NCBI GenBank assembly: GCA_964500775.1
Contig: CAZCQG010000004.1
Span: forward strand, 19,383 to 83,382
Length of the DNA stretch: 64,000 nucleotides
Direction of reading: 5' to 3'
From: an uncultured Campylobacterales bacterium
GTDB lineage: Bacteria; Campylobacterota; Campylobacteria; Campylobacterales; CAZCQG01
Part shown: one piece after another, positions 1-8,065 of the stretch
How the letters are laid out: each line of letters opens with the position of its first letter
How positions within the stretch are numbered: the stretch's first letter is position 1
Program-made: the position numbers and the translations under genes
The notes under the pieces: model-generated
What the model was told of the DNA's origin: nothing
Database searches by the model: none
Seen by the model: the letters and a program-made list of their open reading frames with translations, nothing else

Positions 1-63
1 TGAAGTTTATCGTACTATTTGTATGAGGTTTGTGTAAAATGAAAAAGCTTAGGAGAAAATACT

Positions 64-1164
64 ATGAAAACAATATCAATATTTAACAATAAAGGTGGTG
101 TCGGCAAAACAACTCTTACATACCACTTTGCAAATGCTTTAGCAGAGTTGGGACATAAAACATTAATTTTTGATCTAGACCCTCAATGTAATGTCACCAT
201 AATTTCTATGGATGAAGAAAAGGTTCATGATTGTTGGGCGAAAGAGGATGACTTTATTGATGACTACAAAAGCGCAAGGGATAAATTAGATAGCGAAGAG
301 TATAAAAAAATGTTTGACGAAGCTAGATCTGTTCATTTTCTCTTAAAACCGGCTGTTGATGGTGTTGATTCTGAATATATTGCTAAGCCTTTTGAATTAA
401 AAGAAAATCTCGCAATTATTCCCGGCAGGCTTACGATGCATTTATATGAAGATAAAATCTCCAATGTTTGGAGTGATGTATACAAAGGAGACCCTCAAGC
501 GATAAGGATAGTTACGCAGATTAGAAAACTTGCTATTAAATATGCAGAAGAATATAAATATGAGTTTGTGATTATGGACACCTCTCCTAGTCTAGGTGCT
601 TTAAATAAAGTTGTCATTTCCACAACAGATGGTTTTGTAATTCCCGCAATGCCCGATTTGTTTTCTCTATACGGCATTCGTAACATCGGGAACGCGTTAA
701 AAACATGGAAAAAAGAGTTTGATATGCTTATGCATTTTTTGTCTGCCGACAAAAAAAAGGAGTTTCCAGAAAAATATGTGAGATTGCTTGGATATACAAT
801 TTATAATGCAAGAAAATATACAAAATCAACAAATAACACATGGTCATTGGCACAGGCTCATTATAACTATGCCAAACAAATTCCTGTAACAATACAAGAA
901 TATATTGATAATGAAATATGGAAAAATATACCAAATGATTTGCTTTCAAAACCGATAGGAGACACATCTGTAATGCATTCTCATAATACACTACCAAATA
1001 TGGCACAAAAGTATCATAAACCGATTTGGGAAGTACCAAATACTGACTTAGATGAGCAAGACAAACCTACCGTTAGTGGAAATCAGTCTTATTACTATGA
1101 AACAAAGGATAAGTACAAAAGTTTCACAGAAGATTTACTATCACGCCTAACATATTTGGATTAA
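64..1164 (+). CDS. Orphan ParA/MinD/Soj-family P-loop ATPase with about 100 aa of extra C-terminal sequence
   Basis: 366-aa ORF. Deviant Walker A IFNNKGGVGKTT (K10..T17), DLDPQ A' motif and hydrophobic Walker B FVIMDTSPS. AGGAG lies 8 nt upstream of the ATG. No parB-like partner follows; the C-terminal third has no motif I recognise. Confidence 0.8.
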   Translation: MKTISIFNNKGGVGKTTLTYHFANALAELGHKTLIFDLDPQCNVTIISMDEEKVHDCWAKEDDFIDDYKSARDKLDSEEYKKMFDEARSVHFLLKPAVDGVDSEYIAKPFELKENLAIIPGRLTMHLYEDKISNVWSDVYKGDPQAIRIVTQIRKLAIKYAEEYKYEFVIMDTSPSLGALNKVVISTTDGFVIPAMPDLFSLYGIRNIGNALKTWKKEFDMLMHFLSADKKKEFPEKYVRLLGYTIYNARKYTKSTNNTWSLAQAHYNYAKQIPVTIQEYIDNEIWKNIPNDLLSKPIGDTSVMHSHNTLPNMAQKYHKPIWEVPNTDLDEQDKPTVSGNQSYYYETKDKYKSFTEDLLSRLTYLD

Positions 1165-1167
1165 TAA

Positions 1168-1821
1168 ATGGATATTGAAAAAATATTACAACTTTTTGAT
1201 GCTAGATACGATGAGATTGAACGACTAAAAAATCAAGTTTATGATTTTTTTAAGTCTAACCGAAAATTAAATTCCGGTACGCCAGCTATCATTCATTCGC
1301 TAAAAGCAAGGGTTAAGGACAGAGTACACCTTAAAGGGAAGCTTGAAAGAAAGTATGCCGGAGGAGAGAGTACAGATGATATAAACCTATTTGATAATGT
1401 AACGGATTTAGCAGGTGTTAGGGTAATACATCTTTATCAAGATCAATTTCGGCATATTCATAATGCTATAATGGATAACGTTAACGGTAAAAATTGGGTA
1501 TTGGGTGAAAAACCAAAAGCTTATACATGGGATCCCGAATCTAAACTTTTTTTTGAAAAATTTGATTTAGATATTGAATTAAAAGATACTTATTATACGA
1601 GCATACACTATTTAGTAAAACCTCACAAAGAGTTTCCTTTTTATTGTGAAATACAAGTTAGAACACTTTTTGAGGAAATTTGGGGTGAAATTGACCATAG
1701 TGTAAACTACCCGAAACCAACAGATAATATTGCCATCAAAGAACAACTTAGAGTTTTATCAAAACTTGTTGGGGCTGGTAGCAGGTTGGCTGATTCAATT
1801 TTTAGAACAATCAGTAATTAA
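1168..1821 (+). CDS. RelA/SpoT-domain protein (single-domain small alarmone synthetase-like pyrophosphotransferase)
   Basis: 217-aa ORF starting 3 nt after the ParA-like stop. SLKARVKDRVHLKGKLERK, D80-LAGVRVI, YTSIHYLV and E161-IQVRTLFEEIWGEIDHSVNYP align by eye with the RelQ/RelP synthetase core. No HD hydrolase domain. Confidence 0.8.
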   Translation: MDIEKILQLFDARYDEIERLKNQVYDFFKSNRKLNSGTPAIIHSLKARVKDRVHLKGKLERKYAGGESTDDINLFDNVTDLAGVRVIHLYQDQFRHIHNAIMDNVNGKNWVLGEKPKAYTWDPESKLFFEKFDLDIELKDTYYTSIHYLVKPHKEFPFYCEIQVRTLFEEIWGEIDHSVNYPKPTDNIAIKEQLRVLSKLVGAGSRLADSIFRTISN

Positions 1822-1830
1822 AGGACTTTT

Positions 1831-3192
1831 TTGCAATCAATATTCAGAGAATACGACATTAGAGGGATTTTTGAGAGGGAGTTGACGTTTGAAAGCGTGA
1901 GTAAAATCGGGTATTTTTTGGGGCTGGAGATTAAAAAGATCGGGGAATATGTCTCCATAGGATATGATGCTAGGATTCATTCGCCAAAGCTTTTTGAGTG
2001 GCTCTCTTCAGGTTTTAATCATGCGGGTGTAAAAGTGCTTGGGTGCGGCTTGGTGCCTACTCCGGTAAATTATTTTAGTAATTACACGAGTTTTGAGGGG
2101 ATCGTCCCGAGTGGCTCGGTGATGATCACGGGGTCGCACAATCCACCCGAATACAACGGCTTTAAGATCACGCTTGACAAGGCGCCATTTTTCGGGGAGC
2201 AGATATACGCGCTCGGAAAAAAGGTGTTGGAAACTCACATCCAAATCCCCCTAGATTCCACCCATACGAAGATCGATGCTTTGGAGCAGTATATCGACTA
2301 TATGGTCACGGAGTTTGCAGCACTCAAAGGCGAAGAAAATATCGTGTTAGATTTCGGCAACGGCGTTGGGAGCGTGGCGCTTTTGCCGATTCTTAATAAG
2401 TTAGGAATCAAATACAAAGCCCTCTATCCCGACCCCGACGGCAATTTCCCAAACCACCATCCAGACCCAAGTGAAGAGGAGAATCTAGAAGACTTGAAAC
2501 ACGCGATAGGATTCTTGGATATAGGATTTGCTTTTGACGGTGATGCCGATAGGATCGCGCTGCTCACGAAGCAAAACAATATCAAAGGCGATATTATCGC
2601 TCTCCTCTTTGCCAAGCGAATGCAAAATCCGCTCGTCATCGGCGAAGTCAAATGCTCCCAAGTGATGTATGACGAGATAAACAAAATAGGACGCGCGGTG
2701 ATGTACAAAACGGGGCATAGCAACCTCAAAGTCAAGCTCAAAGAACTCAATGCCACGTTTGCCGCGGAGGTGAGCGGACACCTCTTTTTCAACGACAAGT
2801 ATTTCGGCTATGATGATGCCCTCTACAGCGCATTAAGAATCTTAGAGCTGCGCCATCAAGGGGTCGATTTTGATGCGGAAGTAGAAGCGCTGCCGAAGGT
2901 CTACAACACCGAAGAGATAAAGGTAAAAACGACGGAGGAGAAGAAATTTCGTATCATAGAGCAGCTTCAAGAGCTACTCAAAAATCCACCCGAGGATTTC
3001 CCGAAGATCAAAGAGATCATCACCGTCGATGGTCTAAGAATCGTCTTTGAGCACGGTTGGGCACTAGTGCGTGCGAGCAATACCACCCCTATACTCGTGA
3101 CTCGCTTCGAGGGAGAGAGTTTGGAGCTGGCGGAGCTCTATGAAGTGAAAACAAACAGGCTCATCCAAAAAGTCAAGGATTCGCTCTCTTAG
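1831..3192 (+). CDS. Phosphomannomutase/phosphoglucomutase (alpha-D-phosphohexomutase family)
   Basis: 453 aa. Phosphoserine loop TGSHNPPEYNGFK, metal loop FDGDADR and sugar loop AEVSGH. TTG start with AAGGA 5 nt upstream. Confidence 0.9.
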   Translation: MQSIFREYDIRGIFERELTFESVSKIGYFLGLEIKKIGEYVSIGYDARIHSPKLFEWLSSGFNHAGVKVLGCGLVPTPVNYFSNYTSFEGIVPSGSVMITGSHNPPEYNGFKITLDKAPFFGEQIYALGKKVLETHIQIPLDSTHTKIDALEQYIDYMVTEFAALKGEENIVLDFGNGVGSVALLPILNKLGIKYKALYPDPDGNFPNHHPDPSEEENLEDLKHAIGFLDIGFAFDGDADRIALLTKQNNIKGDIIALLFAKRMQNPLVIGEVKCSQVMYDEINKIGRAVMYKTGHSNLKVKLKELNATFAAEVSGHLFFNDKYFGYDDALYSALRILELRHQGVDFDAEVEALPKVYNTEEIKVKTTEEKKFRIIEQLQELLKNPPEDFPKIKEIITVDGLRIVFEHGWALVRASNTTPILVTRFEGESLELAELYEVKTNRLIQKVKDSLS

Positions 3193-3195
3193 AGG

Positions 3196-3693
3196 CTATT
3201 TGTCAAGCGACTGCACCGCAAGTCGCTCTATAAGCGTGTTTATGAGTTCGCCGTTTATCTTTTTGTCCCACTCTTTGACACGGAAGACAAACGAGCTTTT
3301 AAACATACTCTCCATATAGTTTGTAAAGACTTTTTGATTCTCAATATATTCTTCCATTATCGCCCGAAATATCTCGGGATTGAGTATCTCTTTGTCTTTG
3401 GCGAGGATGTCTTTGAGTGCTTTTTTTGTCGCTTTTTTCTTTAGAGCTTCAAGTATCGCCTCTTTGTCGCTAAATTCTAAACAACAGTCGATCAAATCTT
3501 CGATAAAGAACTCCGTCTTCACTTTCATTTTCATCGCATTGATTTTTTTTGCACTCTCTTTACTCTCAAATCCGCACGAATATGAAACCATAAATCCAAT
3601 GCCTATAAGATAGTACGTCTCGTAAAACGCCGCGATTTGCGCTAGATTGTCATGTACGACGAAATCATTGGAATGCTCTTGTGCCTCACTCAT
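3196..3693 (-). CDS. Hypothetical protein, no recognisable motif
   Basis: The ORF track gives 3196..3771, but that start lies 86 nt inside the upstream gene. The internal ATG at 3693 (MSEAQEH...) leaves only an 8-nt overlap with the upstream TGA. Start choice is uncertain. Confidence 0.5.
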   Translation of the reverse strand: MSEAQEHSNDFVVHDNLAQIAAFYETYYLIGIGFMVSYSCGFESKESAKKINAMKMKVKTEFFIEDLIDCCLEFSDKEAILEALKKKATKKALKDILAKDKEILNPEIFRAIMEEYIENQKVFTNYMESMFKSSFVFRVKEWDKKINGELINTLIERLAVQSLDK

Positions 3694-4489
3694 AGCTGCT
3701 GCCTCCCCGTTGTTGTTGTAAAATCTCAATCTCCTCTTTGCTAAATCCCGCTTCCAGTCTCGCTGCGACATTCAGCTCTTTGTTTAGCTTTAGCAGTCTC
3801 GGATAGTGTCTCTCCACTATCTCAAAAAACACCTCTCTATCTCTCCCCTCTTTCTTACATATAAAATCGAACCAAACGTTCCCTTTTTTAACGTGACTTA
3901 TCTCATCTCTCAAAATAACTTCCAAAGATTCCAATATCGCGTCTTTGTGATTGGGGTCGTTGTGCTCTATCTTTCTCCTAAGTGCTATGTTTGCATCTAG
4001 TCCGTTCGCCTCAAAACCCATCGGTATGAGTGCCATCCTCTCCAAAGCACTTTGTGTTTTGATGGCAGCATTAAATAGCCCGCCATGCACATTAAAATCG
4101 CCGTACTCGTATCCTAGACTATTGAGGATTTTACGTATACCGATGAAGTGCTCGACCTCCTCCTTGGCTACCTCTAGCCAATCCTCATAGTACAAATCGG
4201 GCAATCCGTCAAACCGATAAATAGCATCCAGTGCGAGATCTATCGCAAAAAACTCTATATGCGCGATGGAATGCAAAAAAAGTGCCAATCCCTCGTCCGT
4301 GAAAAGCTTTCGTCGTTTTCCTACATCGCGAGGATTGACACTTTTACACACATACTCATACGTCGGCTTTTCCCAGTTTTTTTTATTTCCTATTTTTTCT
4401 TCGTATTTTGTTTTCCCTATGGAAGTCACTAACCGCAACTTCTCGTCTACTTTGGTACAAAAAAGTGCCTCTTCTGTCGCTCTTCTCAT
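3686..4489 (-). CDS. Ferritin-like (DUF455-type) di-iron protein
   Basis: 267 aa. HSIAHIEFFAIDLALD plus two ExxH motifs (EEVEH, DEISH) are spaced as in ferritin-like/MiaE-like four-helix bundles. Confidence 0.55.
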   Translation of the reverse strand: MRRATEEALFCTKVDEKLRLVTSIGKTKYEEKIGNKKNWEKPTYEYVCKSVNPRDVGKRRKLFTDEGLALFLHSIAHIEFFAIDLALDAIYRFDGLPDLYYEDWLEVAKEEVEHFIGIRKILNSLGYEYGDFNVHGGLFNAAIKTQSALERMALIPMGFEANGLDANIALRRKIEHNDPNHKDAILESLEVILRDEISHVKKGNVWFDFICKKEGRDREVFFEIVERHYPRLLKLNKELNVAARLEAGFSKEEIEILQQQRGGSSYE

Positions 4490-4513
4490 TAAATGCCGCT
4501 ATCCTTGTTGTTT

Positions 4514-4522
4514 TGCTATACT
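4514..4522 (+). promoter_or_regulatory. Putative extended -10 promoter (TGcTATACT) for pyrC
   Basis: TGCTATACT lies 26 nt upstream of the pyrC ATG, with the AGAAGG RBS between them. The TGn -10 type is common in Campylobacterota. Confidence 0.35.
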
Positions 4523-4547
4523 TTCAAAAAAAACAGAAGGCTTCTTT

Positions 4548-5552
4548 ATGGAAAGTATAATCTTAGATTCTCCGCTTGATATGCACCTACACCTTCGAGA
4601 CGGTGAGATGCTCAATAGTGTCGCTCGATACACCTCGATGTATTTTAGTGCAGCACTTGTTATGCCAAATATCACTCCGCCGCTTTTTAATGTAGATTCC
4701 GTACTTGCGTATAAAGAGAGAGTATTGGACGCGACCGACGGCGATACATTTGAGCCATATATGTCATTGTTTTATAGCGAAAATTTAACCAAAGAGGAGT
4801 TAATCAAAGGCAAACAAAACGGAATAGACATAGTAAAACTCTACCCAAAAGGGGCTACGACCAATAGCGAGGAAGGGGCAAAAGAGATACTCGGTGATAA
4901 AACTCTAGAGATATTCTCATGGATGGAATCGCTAGATATGATACTCTCTATCCACGGTGAAACAAACGGCTTTGTGCTCGATAGAGAGGATGAGTTTTTA
5001 CCTATTTTTACTTTTTTGGCAAAAACATTTCCAAAAATGCGAATCATTATTGAGCATCTTAGTTCAAGAAAATCGATTGAAACTATTGAAAAATATGACA
5101 ATCTTTATGGCACCGTCACACTGCATCATATGCTTTTTACCCTTGATGACGTGTTGGGCGGCGGTCTCAATCCACACCATTTTTGCAAGCCGATAGTTAA
5201 AACGCCGAGGGATAGGGAGGCAATTAGGGATGCTGTTTTCAGTGGGCATAAAAAAATCTCATTCGGCAGCGATAGTGCGCCGCATCCTACGGAGAGAAAG
5301 CTCGCTTTAAACGGTGCCGCAGGGATTTTTTCCGCTCCGATTTTATTGCAGAATCTCACGGAACTTTTTGAGCAAAATTCAGATTTCACAAAATTGCAAA
5401 ACTTTATCTCTAATAACGCTAAAGATATTTACGGCATCAAAGCACCGAAAAAAGAGGTACGCCTCATAAAAAAAGAGATGCAGGTGCAAAGTACATATGA
5501 TGGAATCATACCGATGAGAAGCGGAGAAAAGATAGCTTGGTGTATCGCGTAA
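4548..5552 (+). CDS. pyrC: Dihydroorotase (class II, E. coli type)
   Basis: 334 aa from the ATG at 4548. DMHLHLRDG metal site, KLYPKGATTNS (carboxylated-Lys region) and FGSDSAPH. The upstream part of ORF 4266..5552 is antisense to the DUF455 gene and was discarded. Confidence 0.9.
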   Translation: MESIILDSPLDMHLHLRDGEMLNSVARYTSMYFSAALVMPNITPPLFNVDSVLAYKERVLDATDGDTFEPYMSLFYSENLTKEELIKGKQNGIDIVKLYPKGATTNSEEGAKEILGDKTLEIFSWMESLDMILSIHGETNGFVLDREDEFLPIFTFLAKTFPKMRIIIEHLSSRKSIETIEKYDNLYGTVTLHHMLFTLDDVLGGGLNPHHFCKPIVKTPRDREAIRDAVFSGHKKISFGSDSAPHPTERKLALNGAAGIFSAPILLQNLTELFEQNSDFTKLQNFISNNAKDIYGIKAPKKEVRLIKKEMQVQSTYDGIIPMRSGEKIAWCIA

Positions 5553-5556
5553 GCGA

Positions 5557-6042
5557 CTACATCGAGCTATTTATTTCGTAGTTGTAGAATGCTCCGAATG
5601 TGGCATTTTTTATAACTATAGAGACTTGATAACGCCCTTTATTTTTTACCTCAAAATCTTTACAAACAAAGCTGTTTCCTATCTGTTCGGCTTTGTCTAT
5701 CTTTTGATCTTCTTTGGTCGTTAGCGGTCGGGTGAGTAGACAACTCGCCTCCAATCCCTCTGTCGGAAGGTTTTGTAAAGATTCTACCCGAAATATAAAA
5801 TCATTTTTTCCTACGACAAAACTTTCCGTCTCTTTGATGACGGCGTACTCTTTCTCAAATAATTTTTGAGATTTTACAAGCTCGTTGATATTGTCGTCAA
5901 CTTGTTGATAACTCAATAAATAAGGGCTATCCATCTCTATGCTATTTTTTACGGCGGTATTAATAGTCCAAATTATCAGTATTACAACTGCCAATACTAT
6001 TAAAACTATCCCTTGGGGCCAGTAGTTCTTTTCTTCTTTCAT
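5557..6042 (-). CDS. FixH-like membrane protein of the cbb3 oxidase accessory cluster
   Basis: 161 aa with an N-terminal TM helix (YWPQGIVLIVLAVVILIIW). It is the last gene of the tightly packed cco cluster. The family call rests on context and N-terminal similarity recalled from Campylobacter FixH-family proteins. Confidence 0.5.
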   Translation of the reverse strand: MKEEKNYWPQGIVLIVLAVVILIIWTINTAVKNSIEMDSPYLLSYQQVDDNINELVKSQKLFEKEYAVIKETESFVVGKNDFIFRVESLQNLPTEGLEASCLLTRPLTTKEDQKIDKAEQIGNSFVCKDFEVKNKGRYQVSIVIKNATFGAFYNYEINSSM

Positions 6043-6629
6043 TACCCTCTCTTCATTCTATAGATAAATAAGCCGACAAGCGATAAAGCCATAAAATAAA
6101 AAATATATTTTGTTATATCAAAAGTGGTATTTCCTTTGGTAAGTTCATCAAGTAAATTGATATGGAGTTTTTTTGCTTCGGCAATCTGTTCACCAAATCC
6201 TATCACTCCATTGAGTATGATTGCAGAAATCCTATCAGGATTGAGTTCATTTTGCTTGTCCGTTAGTAGCGGGACGATATAGTCCCAATAAATCTCATTT
6301 TTATCAATAGTCTCTTTTAAGTCATCCGATATACGTAAATCTATCTTTTTAATATCTAGTACAAAAAACAGGGCAAAATAGCTTTTGTCTTTGTAATCGT
6401 TTAAAAATAACTCAGTCATTTTTTCATAGTCGACCAATTGTGAATCGGTTATTGCAAATACCGCAATTTCGGTATTCGTATTTTTATAAATTTCCTGATT
6501 GAGCAAGTTTATCACTTCCTCAGTCTTGGGCAATAAAACATTTTGATTGAATTTTACGGCGTTTTCACCGGCTTGTAGATTTAGCAACAGGGCAAAAAGC
6601 CCTATTGCTATATATTTAAATAAAGACAA
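6042..6629 (-). CDS. Hypothetical secreted/membrane-anchored protein (signal peptide plus C-terminal TM)
   Basis: 195 aa. N-terminal hydrophobic leader (IAIGLFALLLNLQAG) and C-terminal TM (YIFYFMALSLVGLFIY). Overlaps the next gene by 1 nt. Confidence 0.65.
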   Translation of the reverse strand: MSLFKYIAIGLFALLLNLQAGENAVKFNQNVLLPKTEEVINLLNQEIYKNTNTEIAVFAITDSQLVDYEKMTELFLNDYKDKSYFALFFVLDIKKIDLRISDDLKETIDKNEIYWDYIVPLLTDKQNELNPDRISAIILNGVIGFGEQIAEAKKLHINLLDELTKGNTTFDITKYIFYFMALSLVGLFIYRMKRG

Positions 6630-6635
6630 CGTTAC

Positions 6636-6761
6636 TTAGCCTACGTAAGCAAGCATACCGGGGATAAATACAACCGCGATAGATATAACCGCGATAATAA
6701 CATTAGCAGCAGCAAGTACTACTTCTAGTGTATTTAGTTTGATTCCTGTATCAGCCATCAT
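6636..6761 (-). CDS. Unlisted 41-aa single-TM protein in the cco cluster
   Basis: Not in the ORF track (under 60 aa). It reads MMADTGIKLNTLEVVLAAANVIIAVISIAVVFIPGMLAYVG. AAGGGGGA lies immediately upstream of the ATG, and the ORF fills the gap between two cco-cluster genes. Confidence 0.5.
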   Translation of the reverse strand: MMADTGIKLNTLEVVLAAANVIIAVISIAVVFIPGMLAYVG

Positions 6762-6768
6762 ATCCCCC

Positions 6769-6969
6769 TTAGTTTGCACTCTTAACGTGATTCACGTTAG
6801 ATGTGCTGTTCATTTTAAGCTCGAAAGGGTTTTCGATCTTATAATAATTTGTCGCTTCACTTTTTTGAATACCTACAGCAGTCATACCCAATACGAAAAC
6901 GATTGAAAGTAGAAGAACAACTGCTACTAGATAACCAAGAAGTCCGTTTACTCCGAATAATCCGTTCAT
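6769..6969 (-). CDS. Small membrane protein downstream of ccoP (DUF4006-like)
   Basis: 66 aa with one TM helix (LLGYLVAVVLLLSIVFVLGMTAV). An AGGAG RBS is present. The position after ccoP is typical of epsilonproteobacterial cco operons. Confidence 0.6.
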   Translation of the reverse strand: MNGLFGVNGLLGYLVAVVLLLSIVFVLGMTAVGIQKSEATNYYKIENPFELKMNSTSNVNHVKSAN

Positions 6970-6982
6970 TTCTTCTCCTTTC

Positions 6983-7834
6983 TTAGTTTAGAGAGTATAC
7001 ATACTCGCCAAGGGCTTTGTATTGTACATCTGTTAGCATATTGTTAAATGAAGGCATTTTACCTATGTTTCCTTTCTTACCTTTGTTAAGTACGTTTGCT
7101 ATGAAGTCATTTGTACCATACTGCGTAAGATCAGGAGCCATACCTGCCATACCTGCACCGTCTTCACCGTGGCAAGCAGCACATGTAGCCCATAGTGCTC
7201 TACCCGTTTCAACAAGATCAGGGTATTTTGTTTTCTTCACTGCTGAAATTTCAGACATTACATACGCAGCGACCGCTTTTGCACTCGCTTGGTCAGGTAA
7301 TAGACCGGCAGGCATTTCGCCTAACGGGTAGTTCATACCTTTTTGACCGTGTACGATAGAAGTAATAATCCCTTCTTCTTTGCCCCATTCAACAAGGTTT
7401 GCAGCTTTTCCTGCCATACCTTCGGCTGTTTCACCGTGGCAAGGTGCACACTGTACAAGGAAAAGGCTTTGTCCCATTTGTTTTAGTGTATCTTCGCTTG
7501 CGTTTGCCCACTTGCTTTGATACTTATCTTGATACATTTGTACTTCTTCGTTATATTCACCGATTTGTGAATATGCGTTCAACGGGTATCCTACAAACCA
7601 ATACCATAGACCCCATACGATGAGTATCGCGTACATAGATGCCCAACCTACCGGTAGGTCATTTTTCAATTCATCAATTCCGTCCCAGTCGTAACCTGCT
7701 TTTTCACCTTTTACTTGGTCGTCTTTCATTTGCTTGATATACTTACCGGCTATCATGATGGTAAGTATTACAATAACGACCGCACCTAGAAGTGAAAGAG
7801 CATTAACGCTATCTTCGAGATTTAGCCACTCCAT
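6983..7834 (-). CDS. ccoP: cbb3-type cytochrome c oxidase subunit III (diheme)
   Basis: 283 aa with an N-terminal TM and two CxxCH motifs (CAPCHG, CAACHG). Confidence 0.9.
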   Translation of the reverse strand: MEWLNLEDSVNALSLLGAVVIVILTIMIAGKYIKQMKDDQVKGEKAGYDWDGIDELKNDLPVGWASMYAILIVWGLWYWFVGYPLNAYSQIGEYNEEVQMYQDKYQSKWANASEDTLKQMGQSLFLVQCAPCHGETAEGMAGKAANLVEWGKEEGIITSIVHGQKGMNYPLGEMPAGLLPDQASAKAVAAYVMSEISAVKKTKYPDLVETGRALWATCAACHGEDGAGMAGMAPDLTQYGTNDFIANVLNKGKKGNIGKMPSFNNMLTDVQYKALGEYVYSLN

Positions 7835-7846
7835 ATTTAGCTCTCC

Positions 7847-8065
7847 TTATTTATTTTCTTCTTTTTTAGTTCTTTCGCGCTCTTCGATCGGAGCATCAGT
7901 CAATTCGTCATCAAGCGCAAGACGGCCGTACTTTTCATAATCCGCCTCGCCTTTCTTTTCGCTTCTATAGAGATGTAGTATATACCAATAAAGAAAGACT
8001 ACAAGTAAAATGGTCATAAACCAATAGACGTAGCCTTGCAAGACTTTAAGGGTTTCTACATCCAC
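7847..8065 (-). CDS. ccoQ: cbb3-type cytochrome oxidase small subunit CcoQ
   Basis: 72 aa with a single TM, located between ccoO and ccoP. Confidence 0.75.
   Translation of the reverse strand: MDVETLKVLQGYVYWFMTILLVVFLYWYILHLYRSEKKGEADYEKYGRLALDDELTDAPIEERERTKKEENK

Noticed and set aside
4266-4547. The long 5' extension of the pyrC ORF (the track gives 428 aa starting at 4266).
   Set aside because: The first 94 codons are antisense to the DUF455 gene and have a low-complexity, Ser/Phe-rich composition. A canonical PyrC N-terminus (MESIILDSPLDMHLHLRDG) starts at the ATG at 4548, which has an RBS and a putative promoter upstream.
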